Positions 1-8,128 of a DNA stretch of 64,000 nt are shown here, one piece after another. Numbering within the stretch: the first letter of the stretch is position 1; each line of letters opens with the position of its first letter. This DNA is from Pseudomonadota bacterium (GTDB lineage Bacteria > Pseudomonadota > Alphaproteobacteria > Sphingomonadales > Sphingomonadaceae). Under the pieces are notes generated by a model, which did not search any database, was not told where the DNA came from, and worked only from the letters and a program-made list of their open reading frames with translations. Location: assembly GCA_040389985.1 (NCBI GenBank), contig JAZJZH010000012.1, positions 35,027-99,026 on the forward strand, written 5' to 3'. The translations under genes and the position numbers were made by a program.

Positions 1-1535
1 AGGCGGCTGTCGGCGGACGCATATTTGGTGCCGATTTCATAGGTCCAGGCGGAATCGCCCTTATAGACGCGGATCGGCGCGGTCACGGCGTTGAAGCCGC
101 CGCCGCGATAGCCGCGCGCGACCGAGGCGTAGGACATCAACTCGCGATTCCAGTGGCGCGTGACCGACAGGCGCGGTTCGACCTCGTTGGATTTCAGGCC
201 GACCGGCGACGGCGCGCCGCCATTGACGGAGCCGACGGACGAGCGATCCTCATGGTCGTAACGCAGGCCGAGCGCGACTTCCCAGTCCGCATTGGGCTTC
301 CAGAAGGCGGTGCCGAACGCGGCATAGGTGTCCGCCTTGGTCGCATTCTGCGCGCGATTGTTGATCGTGACGGGGAACGGTCCGGTCGGCAGGGGCAAGG
401 TCAGCTGGATATTGGTCAGCTGGTTCGCCCGCGTCGTCTCGCGGCTGTAGAACAGGCCGACCAGCGTGGAGAACTGGTCGCTATATTCGGTGTCGAAGCG
501 CAGTTCGAGCGTCTTGGTGCGCAGGTGGTCGCTGCTGCTCTGCCGCACGGCGGGGACAGGCGTGGTCGCGTCGCTGGCACCAAAATCGCCGTCGGTGTCG
601 GGCGAGCTGGTGTCTCGCGCGTCGTAGGCGGCCAGCAACGAAACTTTGGTGTTGATCGCGTCGATCGGCGTTTCGATGCGGGCGTTGACCCCGCGATATT
701 TGTAGCGGGTGGTGCCCAGCGAATCGAACTGGTTGTTGCGCGAATAGTCGGTCGGCCCGGCGACGCGGGCATAGGGGACGTTGGCGCCCTTCACCCAGTC
801 ATAATAGCCGTTCACGACGATGGTCAGCTCTTCGCTGGGGGTGGCGCGGATGGTGGTGTTGAGCGAATCGGTGTTGAAGCGGTTCGCCTTGCCGCCGATG
901 TTTATATTGTTGATGAATCCGTCCTGCTCGCGGTGCGACCCGCCGACGCGGATCGCCAGCTTGTCCTGCACGATCGGTGCGGACACCGAACCGGACACCA
1001 ACCAGCTATTATCAGGACCGGCATAGCTGGCCGCGCCCCGCGCCTCGAAATCATTGCCCGGCTGGCGGGTGATGACGTTGATCGCGCCGCCCAGCGTATT
1101 CTTGCCATAGAGCGTACCGTGCGGCCCGCGCAGCACCTCGACCCGTTCGACGTCGAGCAGCGGGTTGTTGAGATAGGCGGTGTTGGGGCGATAGATGCCG
1201 TCGACGAAGAGGCCGACGCCCGGCTGCACCGACGACACCAGGGTGACGCCGACGCCGCGGATCGAAACAAAGGCCCGGCCAGCGCCGTCGCTGGAGATAT
1301 TGAGGCCGGGCGACAAGGCGGCGGCTTCGCGCACCGAATTGATATTGCGCCGCGCGAGCGTGTCGCCGCTGATCGCCGTCACCGCGACCGGCACGTCGAG
1401 CAGCGTTTCCTGCCGCTTGCGCGCGGTGACGATGATGTCGGACGATCGTGCGTCAGCGGCGGGCACCTGCTGCGCCTGCGCCGCAAAAGGAAAAGGCACC
1501 GCGATCGCGACACCGGCAAACAAGAGGGCCTTCAA
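1..1535 (-). CDS. TonB-dependent outer-membrane receptor (N-terminal ~511 codons; 3' end lies beyond position 1)
   Basis: Absent from the ORF track because no stop falls inside the window. My translation of the minus strand from TTG 1535 (purine-rich GGGAGGAGAAAAAGGA just upstream) reads MKALLFAGVAIAVPFPFAAQAQQ (signal peptide) ...SSDIIVTARKRQETLLDVPVAVTAISGDTL... LDVERVEVLRGPHGTLYGKNTLGGAINVITRQP (plug-domain motifs). The frame stays open to position 1. An in-frame ATG at 1574 is an alternative start. The 471-aa + ORF 153..1568 is its antisense shadow. Confidence 0.85.
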   Translation of the reverse strand, partial: MKALLFAGVAIAVPFPFAAQAQQVPAADARSSDIIVTARKRQETLLDVPVAVTAISGDTLARRNINSVREAAALSPGLNISSDGAGRAFVSIRGVGVTLVSSVQPGVGLFVDGIYRPNTAYLNNPLLDVERVEVLRGPHGTLYGKNTLGGAINVITRQPGNDFEARGAASYAGPDNSWLVSGSVSAPIVQDKLAIRVGGSHREQDGFINNINIGGKANRFNTDSLNTTIRATPSEELTIVVNGYYDWVKGANVPYARVAGPTDYSRNNQFDSLGTTRYKYRGVNARIETPIDAINTKVSLLAAYDARDTSSPDTDGDFGASDATTPVPAVRQSSSDHLRTKTLELRFDTEYSDQFSTLVGLFYSRETTRANQLTNIQLTLPLPTGPFPVTINNRAQNATKADTYAAFGTAFWKPNADWEVALGLRYDHEDRSSVGSVNGGAPSPVGLKSNEVEPRLSVTRHWNRELMSYASVARGYRGGGFNAVTAPIRVYKGDSAWTYEIGTKYASADSR

Positions 1536-1723
1536 CGTAATCCTTTTTCTCCTCCCGGCGTCCGGTGATATCATGTCCAACGGATCGCCTATGGGCCTAT
1601 CTGATAGGTAAAGCTTTCAGATAGGTTTGGCGAGATAGACCATTATGCCGTCCGGGTCGATCGCTTCGCCGATCGGATTCGGCATAGCGGAGAAGCTGTC
1701 TGACTCCCTGTCTCTTTTATGCG

Positions 1724-1816
1724 TCACAAGCAGCTATAGCCGCCGTCGGCCAGCACGATGCTGCCGGTCATCAGGCCGGCCGCGCCGGACGCGAGGAAGG
1801 CGACTTCCTCCAGCCA
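1724..1816 (-). pseudogene. C-terminal remnant of a short-chain dehydrogenase/reductase (about 30 codons, no N-terminal part)
   Basis: The minus-strand frame reads WLEEVAFLASGAAGLMTGSIVLADGGYSCL-stop. This matches the conserved SDR C-terminus (..EVA..V.FLASD.AS..TG....VDGG..). Upstream, the frame runs into the 3' end of the esterase gene in a different frame, so no Rossmann/catalytic part is present. Confidence 0.45.
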
Positions 1817-1833
1817 AATAAATGGGTTTCTTG

Positions 1834-3327
1834 TCAGGGCAGGTACGGCGCGCAGGGCATGGGCGGTTCATAGGCCGCCTCCCCGTCTGCGAGTTGATAG
1901 ACCAGCCGATTGTCGCGCGTGAACGCATCCCAAGGCATGCGGCCGTCGGTGGCGAAATCGACCCAGATGCGATGCACCCGGTCGGCCAGCGATTGCGGCG
2001 GCGCGTCGCCGCATATGCCTTCGGGGCCGGTTGTGCTGGTGAGCGTGTCGAAGACGAACGGCAATTCCATCGCGTGCGCCGCGCCCAGGCCGATGGAAGT
2101 TGGGGTGGCGAACAGCGGCGATCGCCATGCGAACTCGTACATATGCGTGCGGCCGCGATGTTCCTCGGCAAAGCGGCGGGCGGGCCAGCGGAACACCAGA
2201 TCGTGCAAGGCGTCGGTGAAGGCGTGGCCGGGCTTCACGCCCTTCGTCCCCATGCCATAGGCCTTGAGCAGTTTGCGGGCCTGCGGCTGATGCTTGTGGA
2301 CGGACCAGGTCGAGAGCCACCGGCCGAGCTCTTCCCGCACGCCGGTCGGCACGAAATAGAGGTTCATTTCCTCCGCATTGGTGCCGATCAGCAGGTCGAT
2401 CTCTGCCCCCGCCCCCGTCTTCAACGCGTCGAGCGGCTTTTGCGGCAGGACGTCGTCGCCATGGACGGGCACGAAGCGGCTGATGCCGAACACCGGCTCC
2501 CGCCCGTCAGCGTCGCGCAGGTCGAGCCGCGCGGTCGGCTTGCTAACCGCCTCCATCGCGTCCAGCATGTCGCCCGGCGCGACCGACCGGAAGCCAGCTG
2601 CATCCGGCGCGATCTTGAGCCGCTTCGCCAGCGCCTTGACCAGCCGTTGCGCGACGCCAATGTCGCGGGTCATCGCGCCATGGCCGCTTTGCACGATGGC
2701 GCGGCGAAACAGTCCCTTGGCCAGCGGCGATGCGATCAGGTTCGCGACCGACATGGCCCCGGCGGATTCGCCGAAGACAGTGACGTTGGCGGGATCGCCG
2801 CCAAAGGCCGCGATACTGTCCCGCACCCATTGGAGCGCGAAAATCTGGTCGCGCAGGCCCAGATTGGTCGGAATGCCGGGGATGGGCAGGAATCCTTCGA
2901 CGCCGAGCCGATAGTTGATCGCCACCATCAGCACGCCGTCGCGGGCGAACGCGCTGCCGTCCTGCACCGGCGCATCCTTGCTGCCCAGCACGAAGCCGCC
3001 GCCATGGATGAAGACCATGACCGGCAGCGCCGTCGAACCGTCGGCGGGTTTCCAGATGTTGAGCGTCAGATAATCGTCGCCGGGCATCCAGCCCTTGCCC
3101 ACTAGCGCCTCGACATCGACCCCTGGCACGCCGCGCACCCGCTGCGGCGCGCTGGCGCCGGGGTCCAGCGCATCGCGCACGCCATCCCAGCGTTCGGGCG
3201 GTTGCGGCGGGGCGAAGCGGCGGTCGCCGGTCGGCGGCGCTGCATAGGGGACGCCGAGGAAGCGGGCGATGCCGTCCATCACGGTCCCGCGCACCAGGCC
3301 GGCCCCTGTCGGCACGATCATGTCCAT
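1834..3327 (-). CDS. carboxylesterase/lipase type B (para-nitrobenzyl-esterase-like)
   Basis: This is the inner part of ORF 1834..3849. Motifs: FLGVPYAAPP, VMVFIHGGGF, nucleophile elbow FGESAGA. I take the start at ATG 3327 (MDMIVPTGAGL) with GAGGAG 6 nt upstream. The 174-codon upstream extension is Arg/Pro-rich junk that overlaps the next operon. Confidence 0.9.
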   Translation of the reverse strand: MDMIVPTGAGLVRGTVMDGIARFLGVPYAAPPTGDRRFAPPQPPERWDGVRDALDPGASAPQRVRGVPGVDVEALVGKGWMPGDDYLTLNIWKPADGSTALPVMVFIHGGGFVLGSKDAPVQDGSAFARDGVLMVAINYRLGVEGFLPIPGIPTNLGLRDQIFALQWVRDSIAAFGGDPANVTVFGESAGAMSVANLIASPLAKGLFRRAIVQSGHGAMTRDIGVAQRLVKALAKRLKIAPDAAGFRSVAPGDMLDAMEAVSKPTARLDLRDADGREPVFGISRFVPVHGDDVLPQKPLDALKTGAGAEIDLLIGTNAEEMNLYFVPTGVREELGRWLSTWSVHKHQPQARKLLKAYGMGTKGVKPGHAFTDALHDLVFRWPARRFAEEHRGRTHMYEFAWRSPLFATPTSIGLGAAHAMELPFVFDTLTSTTGPEGICGDAPPQSLADRVHRIWVDFATDGRMPWDAFTRDNRLVYQLADGEAAYEPPMPCAPYLP

Positions 3328-3552
3328 CCCATCGGCTCCTCTCGTTCTTGCGCGGCAGCATAGAGGGTGGACGATGCAAGCAGGAGGGAAAAGCCTTTGC
3401 CGTGCGGCACGGCCATGGTGCCGAACGGCTGGGCTTGCCGTTTCGAACAGGCTTTTGCGTCGCAGAGAATTATGCATATATGCTGCTAATGCGATTGACT
3501 TGCATGATGCGGGTCGGATAATCCCATCATCGTTTTGACGAGGAGTGTTCCG

Positions 3553-3858
3553 ATGGCCCCGCCCATCCATTATCGGGCGAGCCGCTGGCGATACCGCGCC
3601 AATGTCGCTTTGCGCACGATCGCCGGGACGCTCGGCGCCTATGGCGTGGCAGCCCTGGGCGCTGCGGCGCTGGCGCGCACATTGCCTATGGCGCGGGTGG
3701 AGGCGGTGACCTTCGCCACCATGATCGCCTATCTGATCGCGCCCGGCGTCACCATCTGGGCCTTTCTGGCGCGCGGGCCGTGGCGCGCGGTCGCGGGCGT
3801 CATGCTGGCGGCGGTGGCGCTGGGCGGCATCGCCTGGATCGCGGGGCAACCGGCATGA
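3553..3858 (+). CDS. DUF3649-type small membrane protein (first gene of the PepSY module)
   Basis: ORF 3535..3858. ATG 3553 is preceded by AGGAG. It has two or three hydrophobic helices (GAYGVAALGAAALA, FATMIAYLIAPGVTIWAFLA, VMLAAVALGGIAWIA). Its stop overlaps the next start (ATGA). Position and size are typical of DUF3649 genes that precede PepSY-TM proteins. Confidence 0.7.
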   Translation: MAPPIHYRASRWRYRANVALRTIAGTLGAYGVAALGAAALARTLPMARVEAVTFATMIAYLIAPGVTIWAFLARGPWRAVAGVMLAAVALGGIAWIAGQPA

Positions 3859-5363
3859 GCGGGACGAGCGCCATGGTGCGCGACGGCGCGCGGCAAGCGA
3901 TGGCCTGGCTGCATGGCTGGACCGGGCTGCTGCTCGGCCATATCCTCTTCATCATCTGCCTGGCCGGGACGCTGACCGTGTTCAAGCCGGAGATCAGCCG
4001 CTGGATGCGCCCGGAAATCAGCGGGCAGGCCGATCCGGTCCGGGCGATCACGGCCGCGACCGAGTGGCTGTCGGCCAATACGACGGGATCGACAGGCTGG
4101 TATCTGTCCGCACCTGACGGCCGGTCGAACGTGGTCGATGCCAATTATGACAGCGGCGGCGCCTATATGAGCCGCGCGCTCGATCCGGTGAGCGGCGCGC
4201 CGGTGGCGCGCGACACGCTGGGCGGGGAATTTTTCTACCGCCTGCATTTCGAACTGGAGCTGCCCTATCCCTGGGGACGGTTGCTGGCGTCGCTGGCGGC
4301 GATGCTGATGCTGGTGGCGATCGTGACCGGCATCATCGCGCATAAGCGCTTCTTCAAGGACATCTTCACCTTCCGCCCCGGCAAGGGGCAAAGATCGTGG
4401 CTGGACGGGCATAATGCGCTGGGCGTGCTATCCCTGCCCTTCCACATCATGATCACTTTCACCGGGCTGCTGACGCTGGCGTCGCTCAACATGCCCTGGG
4501 GGATTGCGGCCGGCTATGGCGCGGATGTGGCGACGCTCTACAGCGACCTGACGCCCGGCACTGTCAGCCGGGAAGCGAGCGGGACCAAGGCGCCGCTGGC
4601 CCCGGTCGGGCCAATGCTGGCGCAGGCGCAACGCTATTTTGGCGGCGCGCCGGTGAGCCGGGTCTATATCTTCAATCCTGGCGATGCCGCCGCGGTGGTG
4701 ACCATCTACCCGGTCGAGGCGGGGGCGATCGGCACTCTGCCGGCAGAGATCAGCTTCGACGGCGCGACCGGCAAGATACTGAAAGCCTGGACGGAAAAGC
4801 GGGCGGGCGTGCGCGCCTACCAGACTATCTATGGGCTGCACATGGCCCATTTCGCACCGCTGCTGACGCGCTGGCTCTATTTTCTGGGCGGCGCGATGCT
4901 GACCTTGGCGATCGCGAGCGGGATGGTCCTGTGGATCGTCAAGCGGCGGGAACGCGCGCCCTTGTCGATCGGCAACCGGCTGCTGGAGCGGTTGAACGTC
5001 GGTGGCCTTGTGGGCGTGCCGATCGGCATGACGGCCTTCCTGATCGCCAATCGTCTGTTGCCGCTGGACGTGGCGGAACGCGCGCAGCAGGAGGTGTCGG
5101 TCGCTCTGTGGAGCGCGGGCGCGGCGCTGCTGCTGGGGCTGGTCCTGCCGCCTGCATTGGGCTGGCCGCTCCTGCTTGGCCTGCTGGCGCTGCTCTGCGC
5201 GCTTGCCGCTGCATTGGGACCGATCTGGGCGGGGGACGGGGTGATCCTGTCGGGCAATATGCTGCTGACGGCGACGGCGGTTGGATTAGCCCTGCTGGTC
5301 TGGAAGCAGGTTCGCCGCAGCAGCGCACCGACGCCTGTGCGCCGCCGGATGGCGCCGGCATGA
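3855..5363 (+). CDS. PepSY-associated TM-helix protein (PiuB/FoxB-like, putative ferric-siderophore reductase family)
   Basis: Inner part of ORF 3780..5363. Start ATG 3855 overlaps the previous stop. Family-typical N-terminus MAWLHGWTGLLLGHILFIICLAGTLTVFKPEI, then FFYRLHFELELP, HKRFFKDIFTFRPGKGQRSWLDGHNALGVLSLPFHIMITFTGL and YGLHMAHFAPLLTRWLYFLGG. Confidence 0.85.
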   Translation: MSGTSAMVRDGARQAMAWLHGWTGLLLGHILFIICLAGTLTVFKPEISRWMRPEISGQADPVRAITAATEWLSANTTGSTGWYLSAPDGRSNVVDANYDSGGAYMSRALDPVSGAPVARDTLGGEFFYRLHFELELPYPWGRLLASLAAMLMLVAIVTGIIAHKRFFKDIFTFRPGKGQRSWLDGHNALGVLSLPFHIMITFTGLLTLASLNMPWGIAAGYGADVATLYSDLTPGTVSREASGTKAPLAPVGPMLAQAQRYFGGAPVSRVYIFNPGDAAAVVTIYPVEAGAIGTLPAEISFDGATGKILKAWTEKRAGVRAYQTIYGLHMAHFAPLLTRWLYFLGGAMLTLAIASGMVLWIVKRRERAPLSIGNRLLERLNVGGLVGVPIGMTAFLIANRLLPLDVAERAQQEVSVALWSAGAALLLGLVLPPALGWPLLLGLLALLCALAAALGPIWAGDGVILSGNMLLTATAVGLALLVWKQVRRSSAPTPVRRRMAPA

Positions 5364-5680
5364 CGCTCACCATTGGCCTCCTATACCTCGCCCTGTTCGC
5401 TCTGGCGGGGCGGATGCAGCGGCATCGGCCGGTGCTGCTCAATAGCTGGCAGCGGCGTCCGTGGGTCACCCATCTGCCATTGGCGGGATGGACGCTGCTG
5501 GGCCTGTCGCTGCTCAGCCTGATGCTGTGGGCCGATTTCGGCATGGCGCTTGTCGCCTGGATCGGGCTGGCGCCGCTGCTGGGCGGGGTCGTAGTGTTTG
5601 GCATGACCTATCGTCCGGCGGTGGCGCGGGCGGGCGTGCCGGTTGCGGCCGTCCTGTTGGTTGCCGGGTTGCTGGTTTAG
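5360..5680 (+). CDS. DUF3325-type small membrane protein
   Basis: 3' part of ORF 4931..5680. ATG 5360 overlaps the PepSY stop (ATGA). 106 aa with three hydrophobic helices (MTLTIGLLYLALFALAG.., PLAGWTLLGLSLLSLMLW.., LLGGVVVFGMTY). This is the usual third gene of the module. Confidence 0.7.
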   Translation: MTLTIGLLYLALFALAGRMQRHRPVLLNSWQRRPWVTHLPLAGWTLLGLSLLSLMLWADFGMALVAWIGLAPLLGGVVVFGMTYRPAVARAGVPVAAVLLVAGLLV

Positions 5681-7044
5681 GCCTTCATGTCGATGGTGGC
5701 GATCAGGCCGCCGTCCTCGGCATTGCGCAGGCGCACCGACGCTTCGAAACTCATCGCCAGCGACCGGCTGATGGTGAGGCCAATGCCAGTGCCATGACGC
5801 CCGCCCGGCTGGCTGCTGACGCCGCGGGTGAAGGGTTCGAACATCTGGTCGAGTTGGTCGACGGGGATGCCGGGGCCATGATCGCGCACATGGATCAGCA
5901 GCCTGCCGCCCGATCGCGCGCAGCTAATCTCTGCGCTGCCGCCATAGCGCACGGCATTGTCGACCAGGTTGGCGATGCAGCGGGTCAGCGCGTTGGGCTT
6001 GACCCGCACCGTGCCGCCGCACCCGCTGAGAAAACGGACGGGCGCGCCCAGTTCCTCGGCATCCTCCGCCATGCTGGTAAGCAGCGAATCGATGTCGAGC
6101 GCCGACCATTCCTCGCGTGTCTCGATGCTGCTGGCCAGGTCGAGCCCCTCGCGCACCAGCGTCTGCATCGCCTGATGATCCTGGAGCAGCCGCGCACGCA
6201 ATTCCTCATTCTCGACCAGTTCCAGCCGCAGCCGCAGGCGGGTCAGCGGGGTCTGAAGATCATGGCTGATCGCGGCGAGCAATTGCGTCCGTTCGGCAAA
6301 GCCCGCCCGCGCGCGGCGCTGCATCAGGTTGAAGGTGGACAGGGCGGCGCGCACCTCCTCTGGCCCGCGTTCGGGAATCTCCTCCGGGTCGAGCGACACG
6401 GAAAAGGCCTCGGCCGCCTGTTCCAGCCGCCGCAGCGGCGTGGCCACGATGCGGGCGACCAGAATGCCCAGACCCGCCGAGGCGGCGATGATGACGATCA
6501 GGTAGAGCGGATTGAAGATAGTGCTGGGCGGTTTGGCGATGCGCGGAAAGCTGAGCGCGATCGCCCGGCGCTGGCCGATTCCATCGGTATAGCGCACCAC
6601 CCAGCAGTCCGGGCGGGGCGCGTCGATCAGCCCGGCGACCAGTTCCTTCGACCTGTAGCGATCGGGAAAGCAGAGGCCGACCGGCACCTGTCCCGCTTCG
6701 GGTTGGGATTGCGGGCCGAGCCGCGCGCGCAGAAGGGATTGGAGGTCGTCATCCGGCTCGTTCAGACTGATGCCTTCGGGCGCGGGCGCTGCGCCGATGA
6801 TGCTATGCGTCGCCATCATTTTTTCGATGCGCCTGGGATCGCGGCGGAACCTATCGGCGACGTCGACCGCGCTGGCAAATACGCGCTGGCGGCGCACCCG
6901 TTCGAAATCGTGCCGGCGCGTCTGTTCCGCCACCAGCAGCGCGATGATCGCGGCGACCGACATGCCGAGCGTCAGGATCAGGAAAATCTGTCCCGCCATC
7001 GACCGGAAGAAGGAGTGGGTGCGGCCGGTGATCTTGCGGATCAT
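5677..7044 (-). CDS. sensor histidine kinase (2 TM, periplasmic domain, HAMP, HisKA, HATPase_c)
   Basis: H-box LLAAISHDLQTPLTRL, N-box IANLVDNAVRYG, G-boxes DHGPGI and GTGIGLTISR. TM helices at residues ~20-40 and ~175-195. Confidence 0.93.
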   Translation of the reverse strand: MIRKITGRTHSFFRSMAGQIFLILTLGMSVAAIIALLVAEQTRRHDFERVRRQRVFASAVDVADRFRRDPRRIEKMMATHSIIGAAPAPEGISLNEPDDDLQSLLRARLGPQSQPEAGQVPVGLCFPDRYRSKELVAGLIDAPRPDCWVVRYTDGIGQRRAIALSFPRIAKPPSTIFNPLYLIVIIAASAGLGILVARIVATPLRRLEQAAEAFSVSLDPEEIPERGPEEVRAALSTFNLMQRRARAGFAERTQLLAAISHDLQTPLTRLRLRLELVENEELRARLLQDHQAMQTLVREGLDLASSIETREEWSALDIDSLLTSMAEDAEELGAPVRFLSGCGGTVRVKPNALTRCIANLVDNAVRYGGSAEISCARSGGRLLIHVRDHGPGIPVDQLDQMFEPFTRGVSSQPGGRHGTGIGLTISRSLAMSFEASVRLRNAEDGGLIATIDMKA

Positions 7045-7769
7045 GAATGATCGACCGAACAGGCAAGGACATAGCCTTCGCCGCGCACCGTCAGGATCAG
7101 ATCCTCGCCGCCCGGCAGACTCGACAGCTTATGCCGCAAGCGGCTGATCTGGAGGTCGATCGAGCGGTCGAAGGCGGCGGTGGCGCGGCGTTCTGGCAGC
7201 AATGTCTCCCGGTCCAGAACGACATTGGGTTCGTCGATGAAGCGGCTAAGCAGCCGAAATTCGGCCGAGGACAGCATCACCAGCCGATCGTCGGGCGCGA
7301 CGAGACGGCGTTGCACCAGGTCGACGCGCCAGGGACCGATATGGGCATAGCGCATCGCGCCGGTGCGCGCGGCCGACCCGCTACGCGGGCGGCGCAGCAG
7401 GTTGCGGATGCGCACCAGCAATTCGCGCGGCTCGAACGGCTTGGTCAGATAATCGTCCGCGCCCAGTTCCAGCCCCAGCACCCTGTCGATCGCGCTGCCC
7501 CGCGCGGTTACCATGATGATCTGGACGTCCGATCCCTCCGCCCGCAATTCGCGACACAGCGACAGGCCGTCGCCGTCGGGCAGGTTGAGGTCGAGCACGA
7601 TGAGATCGACAGCCTCGTCGCGCAATGTCTGACGCAGGTCGGCCAGATTGGCGGCGGCCAGCAGGCGGTAATTTTCCTGCCGCAACTGGCCGACGATCAG
7701 GTCGCGGATATCGGCGTCGTCATCGACCACCAGCACCGTGGCGGGACGGAAGGATGCAGCATCGGCCAT
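7041..7769 (-). CDS. OmpR-family response regulator
   Basis: Inner part of ORF 7041..7982, starting at ATG 7769 (MADAASFRPATVLVVDDDADIRDL). Receiver motifs LIVLDLNLPDGDG and KPF. Winged-helix C-terminus (SAEFRLLSRF.., ILTVRGEGYVL). Its stop overlaps the kinase start (ATGA). Confidence 0.93.
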   Translation of the reverse strand: MADAASFRPATVLVVDDDADIRDLIVGQLRQENYRLLAAANLADLRQTLRDEAVDLIVLDLNLPDGDGLSLCRELRAEGSDVQIIMVTARGSAIDRVLGLELGADDYLTKPFEPRELLVRIRNLLRRPRSGSAARTGAMRYAHIGPWRVDLVQRRLVAPDDRLVMLSSAEFRLLSRFIDEPNVVLDRETLLPERRATAAFDRSIDLQISRLRHKLSSLPGGEDLILTVRGEGYVLACSVDHS

Positions 7770-7817
7770 GACCCGTCCTAGCGCGCGGCGCGTTAAAAGT
7801 CTGCGCTTCTTCTTCGT

Positions 7818-7843
7818 CGATACAGGCCGATACACAGCGATAC
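7818..7843. promoter_or_regulatory. three direct CGATAC repeats with exact 10-bp phasing (candidate OmpR-type response-regulator box)
   Basis: The sequence tCGATACaggcCGATACacagCGATACgaag has repeats starting at 7818, 7828 and 7838. They lie 49-74 bp upstream of the response-regulator start, in the 359-bp divergent region shared with the RND operon. Confidence 0.4.
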
Positions 7844-7857
7844 GAAGATGCGCGGTC

Positions 7858-7876
7858 ATGCGACATATCGTCGCAT
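7858..7876. promoter_or_regulatory. 19-bp palindrome ATGCGAC-ATATC-GTCGCAT (candidate operator)
   Basis: Perfect 7-bp inverted arms read directly in the divergent TCS/RND intergenic region, 15 bp from the CGATAC repeats. Confidence 0.3.
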
Positions 7877-8128
7877 TCCGAAAAACAGTCGCTCTACCAT
7901 GAGACGGGCAAAGCCGCGAAGAGGGCCGTGTCGGCTCCCCTGCCGACGCCAACGGAGTCCTTGCGATGCCTAACCCTGCCATCCTGGCTGGAAACCCGGT
8001 GCAACGGCCCGAATCGGTCGCGCACGTCCCTCCCCCCTCCCCCTCGTGCGCCCGGTTCGGTTTCCTTCATGCGTCGGCGGGCATCGCAGGGGCCTGTCCG
8101 GCAGAGTTTCGAGGATAAGCGTCAGACC

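Noticed and set aside
1603-1625. Direct repeat GATAGGT ... GATAGGT (16-bp spacing) upstream of the first TonB receptor.
   Set aside because: It overlaps the stop region of the putative VOC remnant. It is only 7 bp long, occurs only here, and no cognate regulator is nearby.
3518-3536. Fur box upstream of the PepSY module.
   Set aside because: Only the first hexamer (GATAAT) and scattered positions match the 19-bp Fur consensus GATAATGATAATCATTATC. That is too weak to annotate as a feature.
1834-3849. N-terminally over-extended ORF-track entries: 1834..3849, 3780..5363, 4931..5680, 7041..7982, 7928..9262, 15365..17032, 18116..19525, 19440..22082, 28033..29154, 33871..34443, 36560..38068, 37926..40370, 45016..45960, 55588..58587, 58587..60488.
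   Set aside because: The extensions are Arg/Pro-rich, overlap the neighbouring gene or promoter, and precede an internal start. That internal start has a Shine-Dalgarno sequence or ATGA coupling, and it gives the family-typical N-terminus or signal peptide. I trimmed them to the internal starts.
153-7050. Long + strand ORFs 153..1568 (471 aa), 1822..3105 (427 aa) and 5461..7050 (529 aa).
   Set aside because: Each lies antisense to a gene with clear family motifs (TonB receptor, esterase, histidine kinase). Their translations are Arg/Ala/Gly/Asp-rich and low in complexity, with no motifs. This is the typical shadow-ORF artefact of high-GC DNA.
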